NCBI GenBank assembly: GCA_028718125.1
Contig: JAQUMN010000005.1
Coordinates: forward strand, 3,784 to 67,783
Source: Kiritimatiellia bacterium
GTDB lineage: Bacteria > Verrucomicrobiota > Kiritimatiellia > JAAZAB01
Reading direction: 5' to 3'
DNA: 64,000 nt
Part shown: in pieces, positions 47,648 through 57,236 of the stretch
Layout of the letters: each line of letters opens with the position of its first letter
Numbering within the stretch: position 1 is the stretch's first letter
The notes under the pieces: generated by a model
Seen by the model: the letters and a program-made list of their open reading frames with translations, nothing else
Databases searched by the model: none
What the model was told of the DNA's origin: nothing
Program-made: the position numbers and the translations under genes

Positions 47648-48571
47648 ATGAGCGTCAGCCGAAACCCAAAGTGGGTGCTTTTACTCCAGGAACTCCGGGC
47701 GCCTTTTTTCACGGCCTCCATTATTCCGGTGCTGGTCGGGAGCGCCTGTGCCTACTTTGGCACCGGCCAATGGCACTGGCCGCTGTTTTGCTGGACGGCG
47801 CTGGGCGTGATGTGTATCCATGCCGGCGCCAATGTGGCTAACGATTATTTTGATCACCGTAGCGGAAATGATGCGGCCAATACCGATTTCGTCCGCCCCT
47901 TCACGGGCGGAAGCCGGATGATTCAGGATAAGCAGTTAACCCCTCGCGAGGTCCTGACGTTGTCGCTGGGCTGCTTTGCCGCCGGCGGCGCGGTGGGCCT
48001 GTATGTGTTTTGGAAGGTGGGACCGCCGGTGATCTGGCTCGGGCTCATCGGTATGGCCGGGGGATTCTTTTACACGGCGCCGCCGGTCAAATTGTCGGCC
48101 CAGGGCCTGGGCGAACCGGTGATCGCGCTGCTCTTCGGCGTGCTGCCGGCCGTGGGCGCCTATTATGTCCAGACCAGGCGCTTTTCCGGCGACGTTCTGG
48201 TCCTATCGCTGTCGCTGGCGGTGCTGGTCTTGCTGGTGTTGTTCATCAACCAGTTCCAGGATTACCGTGCCGATGCGGCGACGGGCAAACGCACCTGGGT
48301 TGTGCGCCTTGGGTTGCGCCGGTCGGCCTGGTGCTACGCGGTGTTGGTGGCGCTCTGGCCGCTGCCCCTGCTGGTCGCCGTCGCGGCAGGCTGGTATCCC
48401 GCCTGGCTTGTGCTGGCCTTGGCGCCCGGCTTGCTCGCGGCCTGGACCGTGCCGCGCGTCTTGCGCTATTATGCCCATCCGCGGGTCCTGGCTCCCGCCA
48501 ACGCGCTCACCATCGCCATGCATGCGGGTGTGGGAATCGTCATGGTCCTGGTCTTGATCGGCGCCCGCTGA
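47648..48571 (+). CDS. menA: UbiA-family prenyltransferase (MenA-like)
   Basis: ANVANDYFDHRSGND Asp-rich motif. 8-9 TM. Lies next to a polyprenyl synthase. Confidence 0.65.
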   Translation: MSVSRNPKWVLLLQELRAPFFTASIIPVLVGSACAYFGTGQWHWPLFCWTALGVMCIHAGANVANDYFDHRSGNDAANTDFVRPFTGGSRMIQDKQLTPREVLTLSLGCFAAGGAVGLYVFWKVGPPVIWLGLIGMAGGFFYTAPPVKLSAQGLGEPVIALLFGVLPAVGAYYVQTRRFSGDVLVLSLSLAVLVLLVLFINQFQDYRADAATGKRTWVVRLGLRRSAWCYAVLVALWPLPLLVAVAAGWYPAWLVLALAPGLLAAWTVPRVLRYYAHPRVLAPANALTIAMHAGVGIVMVLVLIGAR

Positions 48572-48601
48572 ACCCGAAGCCCCGCACCCGGGATCGTATC
48601 C

Positions 48602-49646
48602 TCATGACGGCAAGCGCAACACGGCGTCCTTGAACGAACGCAGGGTTTCCCGGAATTCGCGCCGGATCGGCAGGGCCTGTAACCGGCGGTCTGCCTGTCG
48701 CGAAAGGCGCTCTATTTCCCGGCTGGCGCTCGCCAGCGCGCCCGACCGGATGATGATCGCTCCGACTCGGAGGATATCCGCCGGCGCATTATGGGTCCGG
48801 CGATACACCCGGTCCAACAGGCGCCGTTCCTCGGCTGAACATTGCCGGTAGGCAAACCATAGCGGGAGCGTCCGTTTGCCTTCACGGATATCGGCCAGCG
48901 GGGGCTTGGCGTTGCGGGTTGACCCGGCGCCGAAATCCAGCACATCGTCCTTAATTTGAAAGCCCCGGCCCACGCAAAGGCCAAACTCAAACAGCTGTGC
49001 CGCCGTGTGCCGGGGCGCGTGGGCCAGCGTGGCGCCCATGGCCAGCGGCATGGCAAAACTGTAGTGGGCCGTCTTGCGATCATATATGCGGTCAATGGCC
49101 CGGCGGCTCATGCGCTCCGGCGGCGTGAGGGTGTATAACAGCTCTTCCACCTCGCCGCATCCCGTGAACAAAGCGGAGCGGGTCAATTGTTCCAAGGCCA
49201 GTTGCTTGCGGGCCGGAGGCGCCCGGACGGCGAGGAAGGCATCGATGGCCAGGGTATAAATGGCGTCGCCGATGACCATGGCCAGGTCCGATCCGGTGAA
49301 TCGCCGGCCGGTGACGGTATTCAATTTCCGATTCAGCATGATGTGCAAAGCCGGCGCACCCCGGCGCTGGGCGGCGTGATCGATGATGTCGTCGTGGATT
49401 AGGATGAAGGCATGCAGCAGTTCCAGGGCCGCGGCCGAGGTGTATAGGTTGAACGCCGGCCTGGATTTGAATCCGAGATAACCCAGGACAAACAGAAGCG
49501 GCCGGATCCGTTTGCCGCCGCGCTGAAGGTAGCGGGCGATTAACCGGCGATAGGGCGCCGGCAGGCTCGCGAACGGGGGGGCCTGTATGCGCGACACGAG
49601 CCGGCCCAGCGCGCGGTCCACGTTGTTTTTGATTTTGTTCACCATG
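48602..49646 (-). CDS. polyprenyl diphosphate synthase (trans-isoprenyl diphosphate synthase)
   Basis: FARM LIHDDIIDH and SARM GFQIKDDVLDF motifs. Start MVNKIKNN at 49644-49646 was chosen; the track's N-terminal extension overlaps the next gene. Confidence 0.75.
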
Positions 49647-49708
49647 GTTTTCCGGTACCATACCGCTGATCCTTTGACTTTGACAACAACATTGTAAACC
49701 GTGGGCGA

Positions 49709-50839
49709 ATGAAACACCTGGTCATCATGGGCGGCGGATTTGGCGGGCTCTCGGCGGCCCGCTACCTTTCCCGGTATCGGGATGAAGTTGCTGTCACGGT
49801 GATTGACCGCAAGAACACATCCGATTTTCTTCCCTTGCTGCCGGATGTTGTCGGCGGACGCTTGCCCTCGTCGGCTGTCTCCGTAAACTTGCACGACGTG
49901 GCGCGCCGCCTGGGATTTGCCTTTGTTCGCGCCGAGGTTCGGCGCATCGACCCGTCCCGGCGCTGTGTCCTGGGCGAAGGGCGGGAGGTTCCTTACGACG
50001 CGCTGATTATGGCCGCCGGCAGCGAGCCTAATTATTTCGGCAACCAGGCGGCCCGGCAGGCGGCCTTGCCGCTGAACACCGCGCGCGATGCCGGCCTGCT
50101 GGCGCAGAAACTCCAGGAAGGCCGCTTCAAAACCTGCGTCATTATCGGGGGCGGGTATACCGGCGTCGAGATCGCCACCCATGTATGGCGCCGGCTGCGG
50201 GCGGCGCGGGAGGCCAAAGCTATCGTGATCGTGGAAGCGGCCTCTTCGATCCTGGGAGCGCTGCCCGATTGGATGAAACGCTACACGCTGAAAACATTGG
50301 ATACCCTGCAGATTGCCCATTTTGAAAACTGCCGGTTGGCTGGCATTGACAACGGCGGCGTGAGGCTATCCAACGGCCGGGTGTTCAACCCGGCCCTGCT
50401 AGTCTGGGCGGCCGGCGTCCAGGCCCCCGCCTGCGTCCGGTCATCGCCCTTTGCCAGGGGGGCCCAGGAGCGCATCCGGGTGGATGCCTTCCTGCGCGCC
50501 CGGGACGATGTGTTTGTGATTGGGGATGCGGCCGCCGTTATGGCGCGGGGCCATCCGTTGCGAATGTCCGTTCAATTCGCGATTGCCCAGGGCGCCTGCG
50601 CCGCGGCCAATGCGCTCCGGCATCTACGCGGCGCACGCTTGCGGCCCTATCGTCCGCTGGACCCCGGGTTTGTGCTTCCCATGGCCCACGGGCGCTCGTG
50701 CGGCACGGTGCTCGGCGTCCGGGTGCGCGGCCGCCTGCCCACGTTCCTGCATTATGGCATGTGCGCCTGGCGGCTGCCGGGTCTTGCCCAAAAAATAAAA
50801 ATGTGTAAACTGGCCGTGCAATCGGAACGTGTGTCTTAA
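49709..50839 (+). CDS. ndh: type II NADH dehydrogenase (NDH-2) / FAD-dependent pyridine nucleotide-disulfide oxidoreductase
   Basis: HLVIMGGGFGGLSAA and VIIGGGYTGVEIA dinucleotide-binding motifs. Confidence 0.7.
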   Translation: MKHLVIMGGGFGGLSAARYLSRYRDEVAVTVIDRKNTSDFLPLLPDVVGGRLPSSAVSVNLHDVARRLGFAFVRAEVRRIDPSRRCVLGEGREVPYDALIMAAGSEPNYFGNQAARQAALPLNTARDAGLLAQKLQEGRFKTCVIIGGGYTGVEIATHVWRRLRAAREAKAIVIVEAASSILGALPDWMKRYTLKTLDTLQIAHFENCRLAGIDNGGVRLSNGRVFNPALLVWAAGVQAPACVRSSPFARGAQERIRVDAFLRARDDVFVIGDAAAVMARGHPLRMSVQFAIAQGACAAANALRHLRGARLRPYRPLDPGFVLPMAHGRSCGTVLGVRVRGRLPTFLHYGMCAWRLPGLAQKIKMCKLAVQSERVS

Positions 50840-50863
50840 CCGGTAAAAAAAGGAGGAGCGCCC

Positions 50864-51301
50864 ATGAAAGGATCCTGTGCCTGTTTTGACTGCCGGAGCG
50901 CCGCCGTGGCCTTGGTTCGCTGGGGGTTGGGCCTTCTTTTCCTGATCGGCGGCATCAACAAGCTCATGCATCTGGGCGGCTTTGTTAACGCCTATCTGCT
51001 GCCGGCCTTTGCCAACACGTATTTACCGGCCGGCTTGGTCGCCGCCTACGGCTACGCCCTGCCGTTTGTCGAAGTCTTGCTGGGCGTTGCCCTGGTGCTG
51101 GGCCTGTGCCGGAATAGCGCCTTGTTTGTCACGGGGCTGACCTTGATTTCACTCGCCTTCGGACAGATTCTCCTGCAAAAATTTGATGTGGTTTCCCAGA
51201 TCCTGGTCTACCTGGCCATGACCGGCGCCGTCCTGTTCCTGGGCGACTATGACCGGTGGGTTGTGGGCTGCAGCTGCAAATCGTCGGAGCCAAAGTCCTG
51301 A
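50864..51301 (+). CDS. DoxX-family membrane protein
   Basis: 145 aa, 4 TM. LIGGINKL motif typical of DoxX. Confidence 0.6.
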   Translation: MKGSCACFDCRSAAVALVRWGLGLLFLIGGINKLMHLGGFVNAYLLPAFANTYLPAGLVAAYGYALPFVEVLLGVALVLGLCRNSALFVTGLTLISLAFGQILLQKFDVVSQILVYLAMTGAVLFLGDYDRWVVGCSCKSSEPKS

Positions 51302-51451
51302 TAGGGTGACAGGATTAACAAAGATTGGCAGGATTTTTAGGCGAGAAAAATTAAACGAATTCTTTTTGCGTCTTAATCCTGTCTAACAACTCCGTGTTGT
51401 CTTGTTTTAAATAGCGGTTCCCGGTGTTCAAGGCATTACTCGGCGGGCCGG

Positions 51452-51781
51452 CTATTTTTCCATTTCGAGTCCGGCGTCTTGCCATCCTTTTTTGCCGGCT
51501 TTGAAATCGAGGGTGTGCTTATACCCTAGATCCAGGAGCGTGCGCGCCGCGCGCGTGCTGGCCGTGCAGGCGTATCCCCCGCAATACGTGACGATCGTGG
51601 CGCGCTTGTCCAGCAACGTCGGCGCCAGCTGGTCGATTTTATCCACCGGGATATTGATCGCGCCGGGAATGTGGCCTTCGTGATAGCTTTCCCCGGAAAG
51701 CGTGTCCACCAGCGTGAACGCTTCCTTGTTTTCCTTCATTTCCATGAGCGTTTCCAGGGTGATGAGCGTTAATTTTTTCAT
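51452..51781 (-). CDS. rhodanese-domain protein
   Basis: 109 aa. LVDTLSGESYHEGHIPGAINIP and catalytic CGGYACTAST loop. Confidence 0.7.
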   Translation of the reverse strand: MKKLTLITLETLMEMKENKEAFTLVDTLSGESYHEGHIPGAINIPVDKIDQLAPTLLDKRATIVTYCGGYACTASTRAARTLLDLGYKHTLDFKAGKKGWQDAGLEMEK

Positions 51782-51935
51782 GGGATCATGCTCCTGTATG
51801 GTTGGGTTGCGTTGTCGTTTCGTTATTTTTACGTTTCCAGCGGGTCGACGTAGGTCCGGAACATGCGGCGGCGATTACAGCTCAACGGCCCTGCCGGTGC
51901 GCGCGCATACGCAGGGCCTGCGCGTCAGGGGACGG

Positions 51936-52655
51936 CTACTTTAATTGCGCTGCCGCAAAGTCCCAGTTCGCCAGGCGATCCAGGAAGGCCTGGACGAAGT
52001 CCTTGCGGCGGTTCTGGTAATCCAGATAGTAGGCATGCTCCCATACGTCGCAGGTCAGGAGCGCCGTTTTGCCATGGGCCAGCGGCGTATCCGCATTCGA
52101 GGTCTTGACGATCTGAAGCCGGGCGCCATCTTGGACCAGCCAGACCCAGCCACTGCCGAACTGGGCCACGGCCGCGTCGGCGAAGGCCTTCTTGAACTCG
52201 TCGAAGCCGCCGAAGGACGTGACGATCATCTCCAGCAGGCGCCCCGTCGGCTGGCCGCCGCCGAGCGGTTTCATGCTCTGCCAGAAAAACGCGTGGTTCC
52301 AGGCTTGGGCCGCATTGTTGAACACGGCCGCCTTTTCGGGGGAAGCGGCGCTTTCCACAACCACCTTTTCCAGGGGCTGGCCGGACCAGGGTGTTCCGAT
52401 GGTCAGTTTATTCAGGGTGTCGATATAGGCCTGATGGTGCTTGCCGTAATGAAAACTCATGGTCCGCGCGGAAATATACGGCTCCAGCGCGTCCTGGGCA
52501 TAGGGCAGCGGCGGTAGGCGCAAGGCCGGCGCAGCGTTGGCAGGTCCCGCCTGGCCGACGCCATCCGCCGCCCAGCCCGCGATGCCCAATGTCACGAGCG
52601 GCATTACCGGTAACAAGCGGCGACAGGCCTTCATCAGGTTCGTATTCATAGTCAT
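51936..52655 (-). CDS. sodA: Fe/Mn superoxide dismutase with N-terminal signal peptide
   Basis: ...LPPLPYAQDALEPYIS...HYGKHHQAYIDTLN...DVWEHAYYLDYQNRR. Start at 52655 has a GGAGAA RBS. Confidence 0.8.
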   Translation of the reverse strand: MTMNTNLMKACRRLLPVMPLVTLGIAGWAADGVGQAGPANAAPALRLPPLPYAQDALEPYISARTMSFHYGKHHQAYIDTLNKLTIGTPWSGQPLEKVVVESAASPEKAAVFNNAAQAWNHAFFWQSMKPLGGGQPTGRLLEMIVTSFGGFDEFKKAFADAAVAQFGSGWVWLVQDGARLQIVKTSNADTPLAHGKTALLTCDVWEHAYYLDYQNRRKDFVQAFLDRLANWDFAAAQLK

Positions 52656-52713
52656 GGTGTTCTCCGTTTCCGATTGAATGTCATGCGAACGCCGGGACAA
52701 TCCGGGTCCGCGT

Positions 52714-53361
52714 TCAGGTGCCGAACAGTTTACGGGCGAGGGTGGCCACGTGCTTGCCTTGGTAGCCGGCGATGGCCATTTCATTGAGGCTCGGTTGCCG
52801 CGCTCCGTCCGCGCCGGCCAGGGTGGAGGCGCCGTAGGGGCTGCCTCCCGTGATCTCCGCCATATTGAGCAGGCGCTGTTCGGCATACGGCACGCCGACG
52901 ATGATCATGCCGTGATGCAACAGCGTGGAATGGAAACTGGTGATGGTGGTTTCCTGGCCGCCGTGCTGGGTGGCCGTGCTGGTGAACACGCTGCCGATCT
53001 TGCCCACCAGGGCGCCTTTCATCCATAACCCGCCGGTTTGATCGAGCAGGTTGCGCATCTGGGCGCACATGTTTCCGAAACGCGTCGGCGTCCCAAAGAT
53101 AATGGCGTCGGCCTCGGCCAGGCGCTCCGGCGCGGCCGTCGGGATATGCGCGAATTTTCGCCGGGCCGCCAGCGCGCCACTCTTGGCCAGGGCCGCCTCC
53201 GGAACGAGTTCGGCCGCCTCCGCCTCCGGAACGAGTTCGGCCGCCTGGTAGAGTTCGACCTCGCAGCCGTCCACCTCCCGAGCGCCGGCGGCTTCGGCCT
53301 CGGCCAGCTGGTGAATGTGGCCATACATGCTGTAAAAGACGATGTGGATTTTTGTCGACAT
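52714..53361 (-). CDS. wrbA: NAD(P)H:quinone oxidoreductase WrbA (flavodoxin-like)
   Basis: [22 protein letters not shown]...GTPTRFGNM...: WrbA signatures. Contains a 27-bp in-frame tandem duplication (AAELVPEA x2). Confidence 0.8.
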   Translation of the reverse strand: MSTKIHIVFYSMYGHIHQLAEAEAAGAREVDGCEVELYQAAELVPEAEAAELVPEAALAKSGALAARRKFAHIPTAAPERLAEADAIIFGTPTRFGNMCAQMRNLLDQTGGLWMKGALVGKIGSVFTSTATQHGGQETTITSFHSTLLHHGMIIVGVPYAEQRLLNMAEITGGSPYGASTLAGADGARQPSLNEMAIAGYQGKHVATLARKLFGT

Positions 53362-53468
53362 GGCTTGCTCCTTGAAGGATCAGGGTCGATTACGGGTTCA
53401 ACTGCCGTTGACACGGGTGGATCCGTGCTTATCGTTCGTCGGCCGGTGCGGGCCTTGTATGCCTCCCT

Positions 53469-54042
53469 TCATTCATGGGGGTTACTCGTTGCGGGCGGAT
53501 CGAACGCCACGAATTTGTCCCGGGTCGCCTTGCAGAGCGGGCAACGATCGGGTGCGCTGCCTTCCACCGTGTAGCCGCACACGGCGCAAATTTGCACGGC
53601 GCCCAATGCGACGTCCTTCCCGGCGTTAACCGCTGCCTGAGCCTTCTCGAAGAGGGCTTTGTGCATTATTTCGGTTCCGTAGGCCCATTCGAAACTGCGA
53701 ACGGCGCCGCGTTCTTCCTGCAACTGCGCCACGTGCCGATAAGCCGGATACATCTCCTCGATCTCGAAGGTCTCGCCGGCGATCGCCAGCGCCAGGTTCT
53801 TGGCCGTATTGCCCGGTCCGAAGGCGGCCATGGAGTTGGCCACAAATCCGCCGTCGAGGTGCTTGAGCTCGGTATAATGGTCCCCGGCGTGCACATATTC
53901 GGCGTGGGCCACTGCCTGGAACAGGCGCGCGACATTCGCGAACCCCTCGTGCCGGGCAATGTCGCCGAAGATCAGGTACCGCATGTGGGCCTGGCTTTCG
54001 CCGCCGAAGGCATTTATCAGGTTCTGTTCGGTCATGGTATGC
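53469..54042 (-). CDS. rbr: rubrerythrin
   Basis: Ferritin-like di-iron ExxH motifs, plus C-terminal rubredoxin-like CAVCG...CPLC. AAAGGAA RBS before the ATG at 54042. Confidence 0.8.
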
Positions 54043-54465
54043 ATAGGGTTCCTTTCATTAGCGCCATCATGCGCGCCGGGCCGCGGAGCGACAATCCGGT
54101 TTTTCCTTATTTTAACCTTCCAATTTGCTGAGCCCCGCCGCGGCTCCGGGGGAGGGTCGGGTTCCATCCCGACCCTCCGGCGGACGCTCCACCCCTCCCT
54201 TCTTCGCCACGGCTATGCAGGGCAGGCCGATGGAGGGGAATTGAATCCATCCCTTCTTGGGAGGGGTGCCCGATCAGGCTTTTCGAATGAAGCAATAGGG
54301 GCGGGCCTGATTGGCCGCCGGCCGCTAATATGAAAATCTGCTCTTGGAAAAAGAAAAGGCAAAAACGCTGTTACATGCAAAGGAGGTGACACCGCAACAA
54401 TGGACCGATGCGAGGGCGGGACTCGATTCTCAGGCAACATCAATAACCTTCAAAGGAATGCACTC

Positions 54466-54983
54466 ATGAGAAATCTAATGTGGATCGTGGCCGTCGGCAT
54501 CCTGTCCTTGGGCCTGGTTGGATGTCATTGTATGCGCGGTACGTGCCCCTGCTGCTCGAAACAGGCGAACGCTTCGGCCTCCGGCAAACACGCCTGCGCC
54601 AAATGCGGGATGTCGGGCGCCGCCTGCACATGCCCGGCCGGTTCCACGGCGCTGCCCGAAATAACCACCGCGGCCCTCAAGACCCTGATGGATTCCGGCG
54701 CGCCGATGATCCTGGTCGACGCCCGCACGGGCAAGTATGACGATGGCCGCCGGATTCCCGGCGCGCTGAGTCTTGACCCGATGCCAAGGACGACCTCATC
54801 CAGGCGACGTTGAAATCCAAGTCCGCCCTGATCGTGACCTATTGCGCCAATCTAAAATGCCCGGCCAGCGTGGAATTGGCCGGCAAGTTGAAGGCGCTGG
54901 GATACAAGCACGTGCTCGAATATCCGTATGGAATCGAGGACTGGGCGGCCAAGGGCAATCCGGTCAATCCCGCCGCCAAGTGA
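54466..54983 (+). pseudogene. rhodanese-domain lipoprotein, frameshifted
   Basis: Frame 1 gives a lipoprotein signal (LSLGLVGC) plus the first half of a rhodanese domain (...MILVDARTGKYDDGRRIPGALSLDP). Frame +1 continues past the track stop at 54811-54813 with ...LIVTYCANLKCPASVELAGKLKALGYKHVLEYPYGIEDWAAKG to the stop at 54981-54983. A 1-nt indel near 54775-54790 is implied. Confidence 0.45.
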
Positions 54984-55021
54984 ACGCTGAAGCATGTCCG
55001 TCTAAATAAGGAGGAAGCGTC

Positions 55022-55522
55022 ATGGGAACCAAAGCGCGCGAAATCATTAAAATGGACGTGGATCAACTCGCCGGGCTGCTGCGCAAGGCGTTTTCCGACG
55101 AATGGCTGGCTTATTACCAGTATTGGGTCGGCGCCCAGGTGGTGAAAGGGCCGATGAAGGACGCGGTGATTACGGAGTTGAACCAGCATGCGGCCGATGA
55201 GCTCCGGCATGCCGGCCTGATTGCGCTGCGCATCATCGAGCTCGATGGCATGCCGGTAACCAAGCCGGAAGATTGGTATGAATTAACCAATTGCGGCTAC
55301 GAGGCGCCCGACGATCCCTATGTGGAAACCGTGCTGAAGCAGAACATCAAGGGCGAACAGTGCGCCATCACGACGTATTCCAAGCTGCTCCAGACTACCA
55401 AGGACGCCGATCCGGTCACCTACAATATCGTGGTTCAAATTCTGCAGGACGAAGTGTCGCACGAGGAAGACCTGCAAAATCTGGCCGAGGATATCCAGCT
55501 GATGCTTAAGCACGGTCGGTGA
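55022..55522 (+). CDS. ferritin-like (bacterioferritin/Dps-related) protein
   Basis: 166 aa. Helical ferritin-like pattern ...NQHAADELRHAGLIALRIIELDG...QDEVSHEEDL. Confidence 0.6.
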   Translation: MGTKAREIIKMDVDQLAGLLRKAFSDEWLAYYQYWVGAQVVKGPMKDAVITELNQHAADELRHAGLIALRIIELDGMPVTKPEDWYELTNCGYEAPDDPYVETVLKQNIKGEQCAITTYSKLLQTTKDADPVTYNIVVQILQDEVSHEEDLQNLAEDIQLMLKHGR

Positions 55523-55995
55523 ATATAAACGCTCCGGGATGGCGACCCGCATCGGGCGGATGCGGGCCGCCCCGGGCCGAGAGCTCGGGCCAATGTCTCT
55601 TAAGCAGACAGGTGCGGGAGGGCAATCATGCGAGAAATCCCGATGAACATGACGGTTTGTTGCACCCTTGCCGGAAAAATCTCAGGCAACTGGATTTGCA
55701 TAAAAGCCCGGACTGGCGATGTGCGCCGGCTGCCGAAAGATGCGCCGATGTGCCAGCGAGTCAGTTTTTTCGATGCGCTGTTCGACGAGGTTGAGGCGGC
55801 GGGCGTCCGCGCGCCGCATCGGAAAATTCGGCATCGTGAATCGGGGTTATCCTGATGGCGGGCGGGCGTGCAGTCCGGCAGCATGCAGGCGACACAAGCA
55901 GGAAGGAGCGGGGCGCAACCTCGGAGTTCGCGGATGAGGCAAACGATAGCAGGGACCGGATGGATGAGAATTGCATCCATGAAGGAGACGCGATC

Positions 55996-56253
55996 ATGCA
56001 GAAAGTAAAATTCCAGGTTAAAGCGGATAAAGGGCGCCAGGTATTTGTGGCGGGGTCGTTCAACCAGTGGGATCCCACGGCCATCAAGATGAAGCGCAGC
56101 GGCGATGGCTGCTATGCCGCCACGGTCGAGCTTTCCGCCGGCCGGCACGAATACAAATTCATGATCGATGGCGCCTGGCAGTGCGATCAAGCCTGTCAAG
56201 AGCGGGTGGCCAATACCTTTGGATCCCAGAATAATGTGATCGAGGTTCGGTAA
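55996..56253 (+). CDS. CBM48 / glycogen-binding-domain protein
   Basis: KVKFQVKADKGRQVFVAGSFNQWDP...HEYKFMIDGAW matches the AMPK-beta/isoamylase N-terminal CBM48 fold. GGAG RBS. Confidence 0.55.
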   Translation: MQKVKFQVKADKGRQVFVAGSFNQWDPTAIKMKRSGDGCYAATVELSAGRHEYKFMIDGAWQCDQACQERVANTFGSQNNVIEVR

Positions 56254-56892
56254 GACGACAAGAACCGGACGACTCTCATCCGCTATCCGGCGGGCAAAGC
56301 CGGAAGCTATGCGGTCCCCAGCGGCGTGACCCTCATCGGGGACAGGGCATTCCGGAGGTGTGCGAGTCTGACCAGCGTCATGATCGGCAATGGCGTCACC
56401 CTGATCGGGGACAAGGCCTTCCAGAAATGCGCCAGCCTGACGGCGATCACGGTGGACGCGCTCAATGCCGCCTACAGCAGCGTGGACGGGGTCCTGTTCG
56501 ACAAGAGCCAGACGGCGCTCATCCACTATCCGGGCGGTAAAGCCGGAAGCTACGCGGTTCGCAGCACTGTCACGGCGATCGGGGACGAGGCGTTTTATTC
56601 CTGCCGCGGTCTGACCGGCGTCACGATCCCTGTCAGCGTCACCGCGATCGGGGATGCGGCCTTCTATGCCTGTACCGGCTTAACCGGCGTCACGATCCCC
56701 GATAGCGTTACGGCGATCGGGGAGGGGGCGTTTTATTCCTGCGCCAGCCTGGCCGGCGTTTTGATCGACAGCGATACCGCCAGTATCGGCAACGGCGCAT
56801 TCGGCGACTGCAATAAGAAACCGGAGGAGCTCACCGTATCGTCCACGGTATGCAGCGTATTGACAAGTGGCGTGGCCTCTTTCTTGTTGTAG
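56254..56892 (+). pseudogene. BspA-type leucine-rich-repeat protein fragment (no start codon)
   Basis: Frame is open from the preceding stop with no ATG. Repeated ...VT(A/L)IGD(E/A)AF(Y/Q)(S/A)C.(G/S)LT(G/S)V(T/M)IP.(S/G)V units are typical of BspA-like LRR_5 proteins. Confidence 0.4.
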
Positions 56893-57161
56893 CCGCCCCG
56901 ATCAGATTTATGTTCCCTGTTGGCAACCTGTCTTTCCGCAAGCTTGATTAGCGGGATAGTGTCCTTGGCAAGCATTTACGATGATCGTTAGTAGGGTGTG
57001 GCCCCGCTTTGAGCAATGTAATCCTGTGTGCGTGCCATGCCAAGGCGTGGTCGCGCCATGGTCTGCCCTGAAGCCCTTCGGAATGAAATGCGCCCGTTTG
57101 ACAACGGGAATTGACACCGCCTCGTTTCTTGGTATTGTTCAGCAGGTTTTATCCACATCAT

Positions 57162-57236
57162 TCCGCGATAGCTCAATGGTAGAGCGGGTGGCTGTTAACC
57201 ACTAGGTTGCAGGTTCGAGCCCTGCCCGAGGAGCCA
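57162..57236 (+). tRNA. tRNA-Asn (anticodon GTT), with two acceptor-stem mismatches
   Basis: Hand-folded. D-arm GCTC/AATGGTA/GAGC. Anticodon arm GGTGG/CTGTTAA/CCACT. Variable loop AGGTT. T-arm GCAGG/TTCGAGC/CCTGC. 3' acceptor strand CCGAGGA + G + CCA. 5' acceptor strand TCCGCGA gives G4-A69 and A7-C66 mismatches. Confidence 0.6.

Noticed and set aside
49647-50320. N-terminal 224-aa extension of the polyprenyl synthase ORF
   Set aside because: It runs antisense through the NDH-2 gene. The internal MVNKIKNN start gives a normal about 348-aa isoprenyl diphosphate synthase.
55600-56526. 308-aa minus-strand ORF
   Set aside because: It overlaps the well-supported CBM48 gene and the LRR fragment on the plus strand. 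It has low-complexity Arg/Gly/Ala-rich composition typical of spurious ORFs in GC-rich DNA.
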